From the IMG/VR virus record IMGVR_UViG_3300000553_000009, positions 62,316 to 126,315 of that record: a stretch of DNA of 64,000 bases. One strand, given 5' to 3'. The stretch's first letter is position 1; each line of letters begins with the position of its first letter. Below the pieces are notes generated by a model. That model was not told the origin of the DNA, ran no database searches, and saw nothing but the letters and a program-made list of their open reading frames with translations. Positions 39,258 through 49,435 of the stretch are shown one piece after another. Made by a program: the position numbers and the translations under genes. The stretch comes from a virus.

Positions 39258-39285
39258 TTGACAAATTAAAAAAATGTGGTAAATT
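39258..39285 (+). promoter_or_regulatory. Sigma70-type promoter with extended -10
   Basis: TTGACA-N16-TAAATT with TG upstream of the -10; ATG 39294 lies 8 nt downstream. Confidence 0.6.
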
Positions 39286-39293
39286 ATTGTTAT

Positions 39294-40025
39294 ATGAGAG
39301 TAAGTATATCTGGATCGGCCGGGGTTGGAAAATCAACATTGGTCGATGCTTTTAAGAGAAGGTGGCCAATGTATCAATATCCCATGAAGACTTATAGAGA
39401 TATTTTAATTGAGAATAATCTTGGGCATTCCACAAATACTTCGGATGAGTCTCAACTGTTGATTTTAGATTGGATGATGGTGGAGCAAAAGAGTCGCCCA
39501 AAAGGGTCGAAGACAATATATGATCGTTGTTCCTGGGACAACCTGTCATACACCCTACAAGGAAATGCGCTTGGAAAAATTTCTGATGAAGTCACTGCCG
39601 CATCCATTTCTTTAGTAAAAGAATCTTTAAAGGATATTGATATTATATTTTGGATCAAATATAATCCAAAAATTAAATTAGTTGAAGATGGAGTAAGAGA
39701 TGTTAAGAAAGAATTTGTCAAAGGAACGGAGGCAGTATTTACGGATTTGTTTCATCAATATATGGAAAATTTAGAACTAGATTTATTCTATCCAAAAGAG
39801 GATTGTCCTGCAATAATTGCAATTGATGATAGTTTCTCTAGCGTTGATGATCGTTTAATGTTTATTGGTGAATTTCTAGACCAGAATGGTGATCTTATTG
39901 AAACTAAGGATAGCATATTAGATCCTGCCAATAATGACATGATGTTGCAAATGTTGAAGGAACAGGAAAAGGAAAAGGCCGCCGATGAGAGACTTAAGAA
40001 AATTATACAAGAATTTAAAAAATAA
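39294..40025 (+). CDS. P-loop nucleoside/nucleotide kinase-like (AAA_28/NadR-type) protein
   Basis: MRVSISGSAGVGKST, IYDRC, D.VRD lid; start reassigned to 39294. Confidence 0.75.
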   Translation: MRVSISGSAGVGKSTLVDAFKRRWPMYQYPMKTYRDILIENNLGHSTNTSDESQLLILDWMMVEQKSRPKGSKTIYDRCSWDNLSYTLQGNALGKISDEVTAASISLVKESLKDIDIIFWIKYNPKIKLVEDGVRDVKKEFVKGTEAVFTDLFHQYMENLELDLFYPKEDCPAIIAIDDSFSSVDDRLMFIGEFLDQNGDLIETKDSILDPANNDMMLQMLKEQEKEKAADERLKKIIQEFKK

Positions 40026-40279
40026 TGCCCTCTAAATCTTATAATCCAAAAGCTTGTTGTGGAGATGATTGTTATTATTTTAATATAGGAGATGAGAAAA
40101 AATATGGAGAATGTTGGGGAGATGTTGAAGTGGTTGGCGAAGAATGTTATGATTATGGAGATGATAATATTGATTGGAATTGGGTCCATTCATGTCAAGC
40201 CCATAAGGACATGTACGATAATCAATGGGAATCCGATTCTGTAAAATACTATATAAAGGAACCAGAAAATGATAAATAA
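40025..40279 (+). CDS. Small Cys-rich acidic protein
   Basis: CC..C...C...C...HSC..H. Confidence 0.55.
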   Translation: MPSKSYNPKACCGDDCYYFNIGDEKKYGECWGDVEVVGEECYDYGDDNIDWNWVHSCQAHKDMYDNQWESDSVKYYIKEPENDK

Positions 40280-41123
40280 TGAACGAATTGGCATAGGAAT
40301 AGTGACCTGCTCTAGAAAAAATATATTTCAGAAATTACATAAATCTTTAATTCAATGCGAAGATATTATTGATCGATTGGTAGTTTTTGAGGATGTTAAA
40401 GGCGAAAGACCCTTTGGTGATGGGGGATATGCTGAAGATATGTTATTCAATTGGAACGGATCACATAGATGTGTGCTGGCCAATGAAAATAAAGGGGTAG
40501 GAAAAGCGAAAAATTATTGTCTTCGAGATCTACTAATTGATGGATGCGACCATATATTTCTAATTGAAGACGATATTTGCATCAGAGATTCTTCAGTATT
40601 TGAAAAATATATTGAAGCTTCTAAGGTTTCTGGTATTCAACATTTCAATTATTCCCAACATGGAGTAATGAATAAGACTTATGGTTGCGGGGTAGATACT
40701 CCAATGCCAAATCCTCGATTTATAATGGATTATGGTCCTCTTAGGATTCCACTGTACCCTCATTGTGTGGGCGCATTCTCATATTACTCTAGAAAATGTT
40801 TAGAAGATGTAGGACTACTTGATGAACGATATTACAATGCCTGCGAGCACGTAGATCATACTTATGAAGTTATTAAAGCGGGAATGCATCCTCCATTTTG
40901 GTATTTTGCAGATATTGACCACTCAGATTTTTATTTAGAGGATGATCCATGGTCAATAGAAAAATCTACAATTTCATCAAATCCCCGACATAAAGAAATG
41001 ATGATTGATGCAGATAAGATATTTGTAACCAAGCATGGACTACTACCCGCACAAATACCATTGACTTCTGAGAAAGAAGTGATAAATTCATTAAAGCAAA
41101 TAAAAAAAAATCATGAAAAATAG
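40269..41123 (+). CDS. Family-2 glycosyltransferase
   Basis: IGIGIVTC, NKGVGKAKN, FLIEDD, VGLLDERY..ACEHVD. Confidence 0.85.
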   Translation: MINNERIGIGIVTCSRKNIFQKLHKSLIQCEDIIDRLVVFEDVKGERPFGDGGYAEDMLFNWNGSHRCVLANENKGVGKAKNYCLRDLLIDGCDHIFLIEDDICIRDSSVFEKYIEASKVSGIQHFNYSQHGVMNKTYGCGVDTPMPNPRFIMDYGPLRIPLYPHCVGAFSYYSRKCLEDVGLLDERYYNACEHVDHTYEVIKAGMHPPFWYFADIDHSDFYLEDDPWSIEKSTISSNPRHKEMMIDADKIFVTKHGLLPAQIPLTSEKEVINSLKQIKKNHEK

Positions 41124-41667
41124 TTTAGATTCTTTATGGATCGGAGCAACCACCAGAAAAATACAGCAGATTAGAGAAGAGTGGGAGTGGCTTATATTTA
41201 AAATTAAAGAGAAGGGATATTCTCAAAATATTTTAGAAATTGGATGTTATGATGGGGGGTCGTCTTGGTATTTAAATCATTTTGCCAAGAACATGATTAC
41301 TATAGATAATAATTATCCTTGTAGATTTGATCCTTCTCAATTAGGAGAAGGATATTTATATGTAGGAGGAGATAGTCATGATCCAAAAATGGATGAATAT
41401 TTTTCTAGATATGAATGGGATTTTGTGTTTATTGATGGTGATCACTCTTATGAAGGAGTAAAAGCAGATTTCTATAATATTTTACCTTTCCTGAAGGAAG
41501 AAACTATAGTTGCATTTCACGATATAGCAATCTCAGATTTTCATAACACTCATGGTTGTCATGTGGGAGAGTTTTGGAGAGACTTAAAAGACAAATATCC
41601 ACCATCACAAATTAATGAGTTTTCTCTTAATAAAGAGTGGGCAGGAATAGGAATAATAACACTTTAA
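41113..41667 (+). CDS. Class I SAM-dependent methyltransferase
   Basis: LEIGCYDGGS, GDSH, FIDGDHSYEGVKADF, AFHDI. Confidence 0.88.
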   Translation: MKNSLDSLWIGATTRKIQQIREEWEWLIFKIKEKGYSQNILEIGCYDGGSSWYLNHFAKNMITIDNNYPCRFDPSQLGEGYLYVGGDSHDPKMDEYFSRYEWDFVFIDGDHSYEGVKADFYNILPFLKEETIVAFHDIAISDFHNTHGCHVGEFWRDLKDKYPPSQINEFSLNKEWAGIGIITL

Positions 41668-41671
41668 TATT

Positions 41672-42184
41672 ATGAGAAATCAACTTTTTAAAAGAAGGAC
41701 AGCGGAATTTATTGAAACGGGATCACATACAGGAATAGGAATTCAATTGGCATTAATGTCAGGATTTTCTAAAATATATTCCATAGAGTTAGTGGATAAT
41801 TATTTCAATGAGTGTGTAGAAAAATTTAAAAATAATAGTAATGTATATTTAATTTTAGGGGATTCTTATTTTAAACTTAAAGAATTACTAGATAATAATC
41901 CTAATATTCCATTTACTTATTGGCTGGATGGGCATTATAGCGGAGGAGATACTGGATTTGGAGTAGAGGAATCTCCTCTAATGAAAGAATTGGAAACTAT
42001 TTTGAGCAGAGAAGTAAAAGGAGAACTTATCTATGTGGATGATATGAGACTATATAGAGAGTTTAATGAGTCTTTAAATTTTCCCAATATGGTAAAACTT
42101 ATTAAAAGATATCAACCCGATGCGGTCATTTGGTATGAGTCTAGTCCGTATGACATAGAAGATATATTAGCTATAGAATATTAA
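41672..42184 (+). CDS. Methyltransferase-fold protein
   Basis: FIETG, SIE, GDS, WLDGHYSGG, IYVDDMR. Confidence 0.7.
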   Translation: MRNQLFKRRTAEFIETGSHTGIGIQLALMSGFSKIYSIELVDNYFNECVEKFKNNSNVYLILGDSYFKLKELLDNNPNIPFTYWLDGHYSGGDTGFGVEESPLMKELETILSREVKGELIYVDDMRLYREFNESLNFPNMVKLIKRYQPDAVIWYESSPYDIEDILAIEY

Positions 42185-42186
42185 TT

Positions 42187-42933
42187 ATGAATTTAACATT
42201 ATTGACATGTAACTATAATACACCTGGATTAATAGTAAATCTATTAAAATCTTTAAAACATACTTCTTCAAATTTACCTAAAGTAGTAGTTATGAACACT
42301 TCGACCATAGATTCTGATGACTTGAAGAAATATGGCATTCCATATTATAATTTTAGAGGAGGAATACACGGAGAAGCTATTAATTTGGGATTAACTAAAA
42401 TAACTACTCGATATGTATTATTAGTAGATTCTGATGTATTATTTCTAAAAGATTTTTCCCCCGCATTTGAGAAATTCAAGTCTTCTAATTTAGCTTTAAT
42501 GGGTAAAGTAGTAGGCGATTGTGCCGGAAAAAGCTTATATCCCAGGGTTGAACCTTGGTATTGTTTTATGGATTTATATCAATTAAAACAGCATAAAATT
42601 AAATTTTTTGATAGAGAAAGAACAGAAAGAAGCAAAGCCAGATTAACAAATCCTCCAAGAGTATATGATATTGGTTCGACTATGTTCGAGGATATAACAA
42701 AAGAAAATCTACTTATCGGAGATGTGAATTTAGAAAATAAGTTCTTTAAACATTACGGGGGAATGTCTTGGAGAGCGAAAAAATATGATCCTTTTCAAGC
42801 TGATACTGATATTGATTTTGGGGGAACACATCCCCATAAATGTCTTTTTGATTTAGGGCTTTACATTGAACAATTATATTTTAAGGAAACAGAATATTTA
42901 GTTCCGATAGATATTAAAAATATATTCCAATGA
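42187..42933 (+). CDS. Family-2 glycosyltransferase
   Basis: TCNYNT, HGEAIN, YVLLVDSD. Confidence 0.75.
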   Translation: MNLTLLTCNYNTPGLIVNLLKSLKHTSSNLPKVVVMNTSTIDSDDLKKYGIPYYNFRGGIHGEAINLGLTKITTRYVLLVDSDVLFLKDFSPAFEKFKSSNLALMGKVVGDCAGKSLYPRVEPWYCFMDLYQLKQHKIKFFDRERTERSKARLTNPPRVYDIGSTMFEDITKENLLIGDVNLENKFFKHYGGMSWRAKKYDPFQADTDIDFGGTHPHKCLFDLGLYIEQLYFKETEYLVPIDIKNIFQ

Positions 42934-43670
42934 GTAAATTTGACTTGACCAATACCTCTTTTATAATACACTATAGAAAAGATTCTTTAGATAGGGCTTT
43001 TAATTTAAGAACTATATGTAGATTTTTTCTTGAAAAAATTGATTATGGTCAATTAATTATAATCAATGATAATAATAAAGTAGATGATGAAATGGAACAG
43101 TTTAAAAATAATGTAAATAATATAGTTCCATTATTTTTTCAGAATGATGATCATTTTAAAAAATCGGCCTCTTTCAATGCCGCCAGTAATTATGCTACTG
43201 GAGAATTACTATGTTTTTATGATGTAGATGTATTGATAGAACCTCGTTTTTTAAAAGAGGCCCAAGATAAAATACTACGGGGGGAATATGATCACATATA
43301 TCCTTTTAATGGTACATTCTTTAATGTGAAACAGGAATACTTTCCTAGATTTTTAAATACTTTTAACTTTGAATTATTGCTACTTTCTAAAGAACTGGAA
43401 TATTTAGAATTTGCATCTGATACTTCTCCTGGTGGATGTAATATAATATCTAAAGAGGCATTTAAAAAAATCGGAGGATATGATGAATCATTTATTGGCT
43501 GGGGTTTTGAGGACACTGACTTTAAAGAAAGATCATGTAGACAAAATAAAATACATTATTTGTCAGACAAAGATGCTATATGTTGGCATTTAAATCATGA
43601 TAATTCTATACGATTGGAAAATCCACATTATCAACGTAATTTACAAATCTTTATTAAAAATAACAGATGA
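42930..43670 (+). CDS. GT-A glycosyltransferase (galactosyltransferase C-terminal/GT7-like)
   Basis: FKKSASFN, FYDVD, GGYDESFIGWGFEDTDF, WHLNH. Confidence 0.85.
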   Translation: MSKFDLTNTSFIIHYRKDSLDRAFNLRTICRFFLEKIDYGQLIIINDNNKVDDEMEQFKNNVNNIVPLFFQNDDHFKKSASFNAASNYATGELLCFYDVDVLIEPRFLKEAQDKILRGEYDHIYPFNGTFFNVKQEYFPRFLNTFNFELLLLSKELEYLEFASDTSPGGCNIISKEAFKKIGGYDESFIGWGFEDTDFKERSCRQNKIHYLSDKDAICWHLNHDNSIRLENPHYQRNLQIFIKNNR

Positions 43671-44497
43671 TAGAAGTTAATTTATTTGATTTAGCATTCC
43701 AACATACCAGAGGTATGATAGGTGAAGTTACCTCCACCTACATTTATCCACCAACAAACATTAAGTGGATTGACTCTAAGATGGAATTTGATGGGATAAC
43801 AGTATTCACTGAAAATATGATTTTTGATCCGGTAGTAGATCAAGTAAAATCCAGATTAAAAGTAGCATGGTTGATGGAACCTCCCGCAATTAATCCTTAT
43901 ACATATTCTAAAATAAAGGAAATAGAAGATAAGTTTGATTATATATTAACCTTTGAGGAGGAGTTATTAAAAACTGGATCAAAATATGTAAAATATATTG
44001 TGGGGCAAAGTAGAGTGCCCGATTCAATTGCGAATTTTTATGAAAAATCTAAACACATATCATTAATATCGTCTGGAAAATCAATGAGTACAGGTCACAG
44101 ATTTAGAGGAGAGATTGTGAATAGATTGCATGCTAAATATAATTTTGATTTGTGGGGATATGCCTTTAAACCATTCAAGGAAAAAACAGAACCTTTAATA
44201 GATTATGAATTTAGTATTGCAGTGATGAATTCTAAAATCAATAATTACTTTACTGAAATATTATTAGATTGTTTTAGATTGGGAACAATTCCTATTTTTT
44301 GGGGATGTCCCAACATCGGAGAATACTTTGATATTAGAGGTATGCATTTCTTTGACACTGTTCAAGAGTTGGATTATATTCTTGGCAATTTAAGACCATA
44401 TAAAGATTACTTAAAATATGCAAAAGAGAACTTTAATCTATGTAAAGAATATATTCACACTGATGATTATATTTCAAAAATTTTAGAAAAATTATGA
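43667..44497 (+). CDS. GT10 fucosyltransferase-like protein
   Basis: WLMEPP, YEFSIAVMN...NYFTE...DCF..GTIPIFWG (variant of the EN...Y.TEK motif). Confidence 0.7.
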   Translation: MIEVNLFDLAFQHTRGMIGEVTSTYIYPPTNIKWIDSKMEFDGITVFTENMIFDPVVDQVKSRLKVAWLMEPPAINPYTYSKIKEIEDKFDYILTFEEELLKTGSKYVKYIVGQSRVPDSIANFYEKSKHISLISSGKSMSTGHRFRGEIVNRLHAKYNFDLWGYAFKPFKEKTEPLIDYEFSIAVMNSKINNYFTEILLDCFRLGTIPIFWGCPNIGEYFDIRGMHFFDTVQELDYILGNLRPYKDYLKYAKENFNLCKEYIHTDDYISKILEKL

Positions 44498-45144
44498 AAC
44501 CTAAGATAAGTGTAAGGTATAGAAACTTTGATTTTTTTATATATGACGTTCCGACAAATACTCATATTGTATCTCATTTGATAAAATCTGGAATAGGGTG
44601 GGACACCGAACAATTAGAATTTATTATATCTAGTATTGCAAATAAATCCAAAAATATGATTGATGTTGGAGGGGAAATAGGTTCATATTCAATTCCGCTG
44701 TCCCCATATTTTAATAAGATACATACCTTTGAACCAAATATTGAAAATTATAGTCTTATTAAAGATACAATAGATAAAAATAATATAACCCAAATATCAT
44801 TGTATAACTTAGCATGTGGAGATGTCAACAGTACATGTACAGTGGTAGGCACATACTCCACTGAGATATCCTTAAAAGAAGGCATAACTAAAATTGTACG
44901 ATTGGATGATTTTATCACGGATGAAATTTCGTTTATTAAAATAGATGTGGAAGGATTTGAATATGATGTTTTGCGGGGGGCAAAACAAATTATTGATAAG
45001 TATAAGCCGATAATATATTTAGAAACTCACCCTACCATGGTATCTGATTCTCTTAGTAATTGCGAAACATGGTTATTAAATATGGGATACGAATCATTTA
45101 ATATCGTATCTCCATCTGATAAATTTTGGAAATATAATCAATGA
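44494..45144 (+). CDS. FkbM-family methyltransferase
   Basis: IDVGG.IG, FEPN, FIKIDVEGFE..VLRGA. Confidence 0.88.
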   Translation: MKPKISVRYRNFDFFIYDVPTNTHIVSHLIKSGIGWDTEQLEFIISSIANKSKNMIDVGGEIGSYSIPLSPYFNKIHTFEPNIENYSLIKDTIDKNNITQISLYNLACGDVNSTCTVVGTYSTEISLKEGITKIVRLDDFITDEISFIKIDVEGFEYDVLRGAKQIIDKYKPIIYLETHPTMVSDSLSNCETWLLNMGYESFNIVSPSDKFWKYNQ

Positions 45145-45953
45145 AAATATTAGTATTAGGATCATCAGGACAAATTGGACATCCAACCTGTAAATATCTA
45201 AGATCAAAGGGATATGAAGTAGTAGAATGGGATATTAAAAAAGAATTATGTCAGGACTTAAGAGTAATTAATGACAAGCTAATAAGGATTATGTCAAATT
45301 GTGATTTTGTATATTATTTTGCATGCGATGTAGGCGGAGCGAAATATTTGGAAAAATATCAAAACACTTTTGGTTTTATAAAAAATAATATGGATATAAT
45401 GTCTCATACATTTCAAGCACTTAATATAACCCAAACTCCATTTATTTTTACTTCTTCCCAAATGTCAGAATTATCATACTCCATGTATGGTACATTGAAA
45501 AAGGTAGGAGAAACTATTACGAAAGATCTTGGAGGATTGGTGGTTAGACTGTGGAATGTCTATGGACCAGAAGAAGATGAACTGAAATCACATGTTATAA
45601 CGGATTTTTGCAATATGGCAAAAAGAGACGGAGTAATTAAAATGAGAACAGATGGAACGGAATCCAGACAATTACTCTACGCTGAAGATTGTGCGGAATG
45701 TCTATTGACTCTCACAGAACATTATGATAAACTGGATAAGAATAAGGATTTCCATATAACAAGTTTTCAATGGAAAACAATGTTAGATGTTGCTAATTGT
45801 GTGAAGAATATTTCAGGATGTGATATAATTCCATCAACTAGAAAAGATGAGACTCAGATGAATGCGATGAATGAACCAGATCCATATATATTAGATTTCT
45901 GGTCGCCAATGACAACTCTACAAGAAGGGATTAAAAAAATTTATAACTCATGA
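45141..45953 (+). CDS. NAD-dependent nucleotide-sugar epimerase/dehydratase
   Basis: GSSGQIG Rossmann motif, FTSS, YGTLK (YxxxK), NVYGP. Confidence 0.9.
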   Translation: MKILVLGSSGQIGHPTCKYLRSKGYEVVEWDIKKELCQDLRVINDKLIRIMSNCDFVYYFACDVGGAKYLEKYQNTFGFIKNNMDIMSHTFQALNITQTPFIFTSSQMSELSYSMYGTLKKVGETITKDLGGLVVRLWNVYGPEEDELKSHVITDFCNMAKRDGVIKMRTDGTESRQLLYAEDCAECLLTLTEHYDKLDKNKDFHITSFQWKTMLDVANCVKNISGCDIIPSTRKDETQMNAMNEPDPYILDFWSPMTTLQEGIKKIYNS

Positions 45954-46558
45954 ATAAAAAACAATTAAAAATAATTAAATCTGAAGTGGATAGTATTGAT
46001 TTGACCAAATTATCAGAACTATCTACTGTAGATGGGCCAGATTTTTCAAAGGCCGGTATTGAAGTGTATAAATTTTATGCATATCTGAGTACATTGGTAG
46101 ATAATGCTTTGATAATGGAAATAGGAACCAGATATGGAAAATCTGCATTGGCTCTATCATTTAATCCTAAAAATAAAGTAATATCTTATGATATTTTAGA
46201 ACAAGGAGCATCCCAAATAGTTAAAGATAATTTAGAATTTAGAATTTCTAATTTTATGGAAGATGTAACTATTGATTGGAATTTAGTGGACATTTTACTT
46301 ATTAATGTAGATCCTCATGATGGAATTAAAGACCGAGAATTTTTAACTTTTCTTAGAGAAAAGGGTTGGTGAGGAATTCTTATATTAGACGATATTCTGC
46401 CCAATTGGTCGGTAATTGTAAGTGGGGCCAATCCAGTAAAAATGAATAATTGGTGGAATAGTTTGGAAGATGAAAAATATGACTTGTCCGATGTTGGTCA
46501 TTTTTCAGGAACCGGGCTGGTCAATTTAGGCACTAACTGGTCAGTAGAAATAATATAA
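45950..46558 (+). pseudogene. Class I methyltransferase with an internal in-frame TGA
   Basis: MEIGTRYG, VDPHDG, then KGW-TGA(46370-46372)-GILILDDI...GHFSGTGLV; the extended frame ends TAATG-coupled to the next gene. Confidence 0.75.
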
Positions 46559-47178
46559 TGTTACTCGAATTTAATCTATTACAAAAATATAATATTGCCC
46601 CTACGGGAGTAATTCATGTAGGTATGCATAAAGCAGAGGAATATCCAATATATAAAAAGGCAGGAGTTAAGCATATGCTTTTTATTGAAGCTAATAAAAA
46701 ATTAGTGGATGAATTTCTGACTAGATCTGATATAGATGATTTAGTATATGTTGCTAATGCGGCAATTTCCAATAAGAAAGAGGTTATACAATTCATAATA
46801 ACTAATAATGGAGAGTCTTCTTCTATTTTAGAGTTAAAGGATCACTCTAAAATATATCCACACATCGTAGAAACTCAAAGAATTGAAATGACTACCAAAA
46901 CTTTAGATAATATTATGGATATCATGGATGGTTATCGCCCGAGTTCAGACTTTAACATTATTAATCTCGATATCCAAGGAGCAGAGTTGAAAGCTATGCA
47001 AGGATTTACTGATTGGAAATATATTGATGCGGTATTCACGGAAGTCAATTATAGAGAAATGTATGCCGGATGTCCAATGATCGAGGAGATAACGGAATTT
47101 CTATTATCCAAGGGATTAAATAAAGTGGAAGAAGTTGATACTGGCTGTGGCTGGGGAGATGCATTATATGTCAGATAA
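46558..47178 (+). CDS. FkbM-family methyltransferase
   Basis: IHVGMH, FIEAN, ESSSILE, LDIQGAEL, WGDALY. Confidence 0.88.
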   Translation: MLLEFNLLQKYNIAPTGVIHVGMHKAEEYPIYKKAGVKHMLFIEANKKLVDEFLTRSDIDDLVYVANAAISNKKEVIQFIITNNGESSSILELKDHSKIYPHIVETQRIEMTTKTLDNIMDIMDGYRPSSDFNIINLDIQGAELKAMQGFTDWKYIDAVFTEVNYREMYAGCPMIEEITEFLLSKGLNKVEEVDTGCGWGDALYVR

Positions 47179-47920
47179 TAATTGTTATGCTACTGTTGTG
47201 GGAGGACTTGGAAATCAACTATTCATAGTTGCTGCCGCATATGCCTATGCTAAAAAGACCAATAGAAAACTGTTCATAGATCCTACGCAATGGACAGCAT
47301 CACAGGGAAAATATCCCTTTGAATATCAAAGATCCATTTTTCAAAATTTCAAATATAAATGTTCTTTAGATGTCCCTACTATAATTAGTGAGCAGAGATT
47401 TAATTATGATGAACTTCCAAATCCAAATCCAAATTACAGTGCATCATTACATGGATATTTTCAATCTTTGAAGTATTTCGAGAATTATACGGAAGATTTT
47501 ATTAAAAAATTAAGTCTTCCAGAAGTTAATACATCATTCATTAAGAAAAAAAATGTGGCCTTTCATATTAGACGAGGGGATTATTTAAAGTTCCCCATAC
47601 ATTATATTTGCAATACAGAGTATTTTAAAGACCGATTTAGAGAATTTGCGGGATACCAGATAAATGTTTTTACGGACAGTCCCGACATAGTTCTTAAAGA
47701 ATTTGAAAACGAGGAATTCAATCTGATTGAGACTTCTTCGGAATTAAATGACTTGACTATGATGAGCAAGCATGATAATATTGTTTGCAGCAATTCCTCG
47801 TTTTCATGGTGGGCAGCACTTTTAGGAAAAATGAATAAAGTGATAGTTCCGGATAAATGGTTTTTGGGAATAGATTGTGAAGATATATATCTTCCAAATA
47901 TGACTCGAATTAATATATGA
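47135..47920 (+). CDS. GT11 alpha-1,2-fucosyltransferase-like protein
   Basis: GGLGNQLF, GYFQS, FHIRRGDY, NSSFSWWAA. Confidence 0.9.
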   Translation: MILAVAGEMHYMSDNNCYATVVGGLGNQLFIVAAAYAYAKKTNRKLFIDPTQWTASQGKYPFEYQRSIFQNFKYKCSLDVPTIISEQRFNYDELPNPNPNYSASLHGYFQSLKYFENYTEDFIKKLSLPEVNTSFIKKKNVAFHIRRGDYLKFPIHYICNTEYFKDRFREFAGYQINVFTDSPDIVLKEFENEEFNLIETSSELNDLTMMSKHDNIVCSNSSFSWWAALLGKMNKVIVPDKWFLGIDCEDIYLPNMTRINI

Positions 47921-48687
47921 CCGCTCTTGCAGTTTGCCCCACTTACGGAAGACTACCATACTTAGGTAGAATGTTAGCCAGTTTTCTTCATCAAGAATAT
48001 AGCGATAAGCATTTAGTTATTGTAAATGATGATAAAAATATTGAATTGAAATGTGCCAGTCCAATGGTGACTATATTAAATTGTTCTCAAAGAATGATTA
48101 TAGGAGAAAAAAGAAACCTGGGAACGGCTTTTGGGCATTATGATATTATCTTTCCTTGGGACGATGATGATGTATTTCTTCCTAATCGAATGAATAATCA
48201 TATTCAGAAATATTCTGATGAAAATATCAAAGCGTATAGAAATTATAGTACATATATAATATATGGAGATGAATTTACCACTGCCGATGGAACTCCAAAT
48301 GATATTTCTTTTAGAAAATCGGAATGGTTTAAATTAAATGGGTATCAAGAGAAAACCTGGATAGGAGAAGACACAGAGTTTTTCAATAAACTGATAGATA
48401 ATATCTGGGTTGAAAATAATCCGGATAATAAAGATTATGTTTATAATTTTGGAGGAGTCAATTATCACTTATCTTGTAATTCAAATCCGGATAGTCTGGA
48501 AGAGATAGCATTCAATCAATTGAAAACCATGGGACTAGTGGGTAAGACATTTTGGATTGAACCAGATTTTGAAGAATATTTTAAATTTTTGAAACTTGAT
48601 AGTTTATATAAAAAAGTCAAAATGAAAATTCCGATAACACATAATTCAGACGCTAAAATAACCATACCATATGTTTACCACAATTGA
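47917..48687 (+). CDS. Family-2 glycosyltransferase
   Basis: CPTYGR, IVNDD, GEKRN, WDDDD, GEDTEF. Confidence 0.85.
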   Translation: MTALAVCPTYGRLPYLGRMLASFLHQEYSDKHLVIVNDDKNIELKCASPMVTILNCSQRMIIGEKRNLGTAFGHYDIIFPWDDDDVFLPNRMNNHIQKYSDENIKAYRNYSTYIIYGDEFTTADGTPNDISFRKSEWFKLNGYQEKTWIGEDTEFFNKLIDNIWVENNPDNKDYVYNFGGVNYHLSCNSNPDSLEEIAFNQLKTMGLVGKTFWIEPDFEEYFKFLKLDSLYKKVKMKIPITHNSDAKITIPYVYHN

Positions 48688-49036
48688 TTATTTAATGTAT
48701 AAAAAGAACAAACAAGATCTAGATGCCGATTTATTGGCTAACTTCGTTCCTTTTATTACGACCAAAACTTTTTCTTATTACAATGGAGGAACATACTGTG
48801 ATTACATAAATGACACTTTAAATGTTTATTCCAATATTTTTACCACTATAGAAGATCAATTTAGATTTTTTGATAATGTCATTCCACTTCTGAAAAGAAG
48901 AAAATCTGAATATATTAAAAAGTCAAAATCTGAAAAAGTTGAATCGCGAACTGTTCCCGATTTTTATTCAAAGAGAGAACTTGACATGATGGAAAATATG
49001 AATAAGTATGACTATGGAACCTACAGTATCGATTGA
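48671..49036 (+). CDS. Clamp-loader small subunit (gp62-like)
   Basis: F.PFI...FSY...Q..F....IP..K...YIKK pattern of gp62-like proteins. Confidence 0.55.
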   Translation: MFTTIDYLMYKKNKQDLDADLLANFVPFITTKTFSYYNGGTYCDYINDTLNVYSNIFTTIEDQFRFFDNVIPLLKRRKSEYIKKSKSEKVESRTVPDFYSKRELDMMENMNKYDYGTYSID

Positions 49037-49430
49037 TAAACTAAAACCTCTACATTCTCATATTGACTTATCTGATAAGTCTTTACCTACGGATTTTGGA
49101 ATGGATGAATATATGTTATCTCGTCTCATGGACGATGTAATGCTTCTGGAATTTTGCGATTTACAAGGATCAGATGATGGTGTGGAATATATCATGCGAG
49201 GAGGTATCGCAATTCCCATCAATAATGTCATGAATGCTTGGAGAAAAGGAATTGTAATTCTCAAGGGTCCAAATGTTCGATACACTGAAGTTGGAGAAAT
49301 TGTCATGTTTCCTGCCAATATGGGAGTCCAAATCTCAAATATTGAAGTAGAAGGACACGGAACTATTAAAAAGGGACTTTTTCTAAACGAACAACGAATG
49401 TTCGGAGTCTGTAAGGAGAAGGTTAAATAA
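49008..49430 (+). CDS. GroES/Cpn10-like co-chaperonin
   Basis: DDVMLLE, GGIAIP, GIVILKGP...VGEIV.FP, FLNEQRMFG. Confidence 0.7.
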   Translation: MTMEPTVSIDKLKPLHSHIDLSDKSLPTDFGMDEYMLSRLMDDVMLLEFCDLQGSDDGVEYIMRGGIAIPINNVMNAWRKGIVILKGPNVRYTEVGEIVMFPANMGVQISNIEVEGHGTIKKGLFLNEQRMFGVCKEKVK

Positions 49431-49435
49431 CATAT

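Noticed and set aside
39043-39261. 72-aa ORF between phoH and the kinase
   Set aside because: No recognisable motif or matching promoter spacing; may be non-coding or degenerate.
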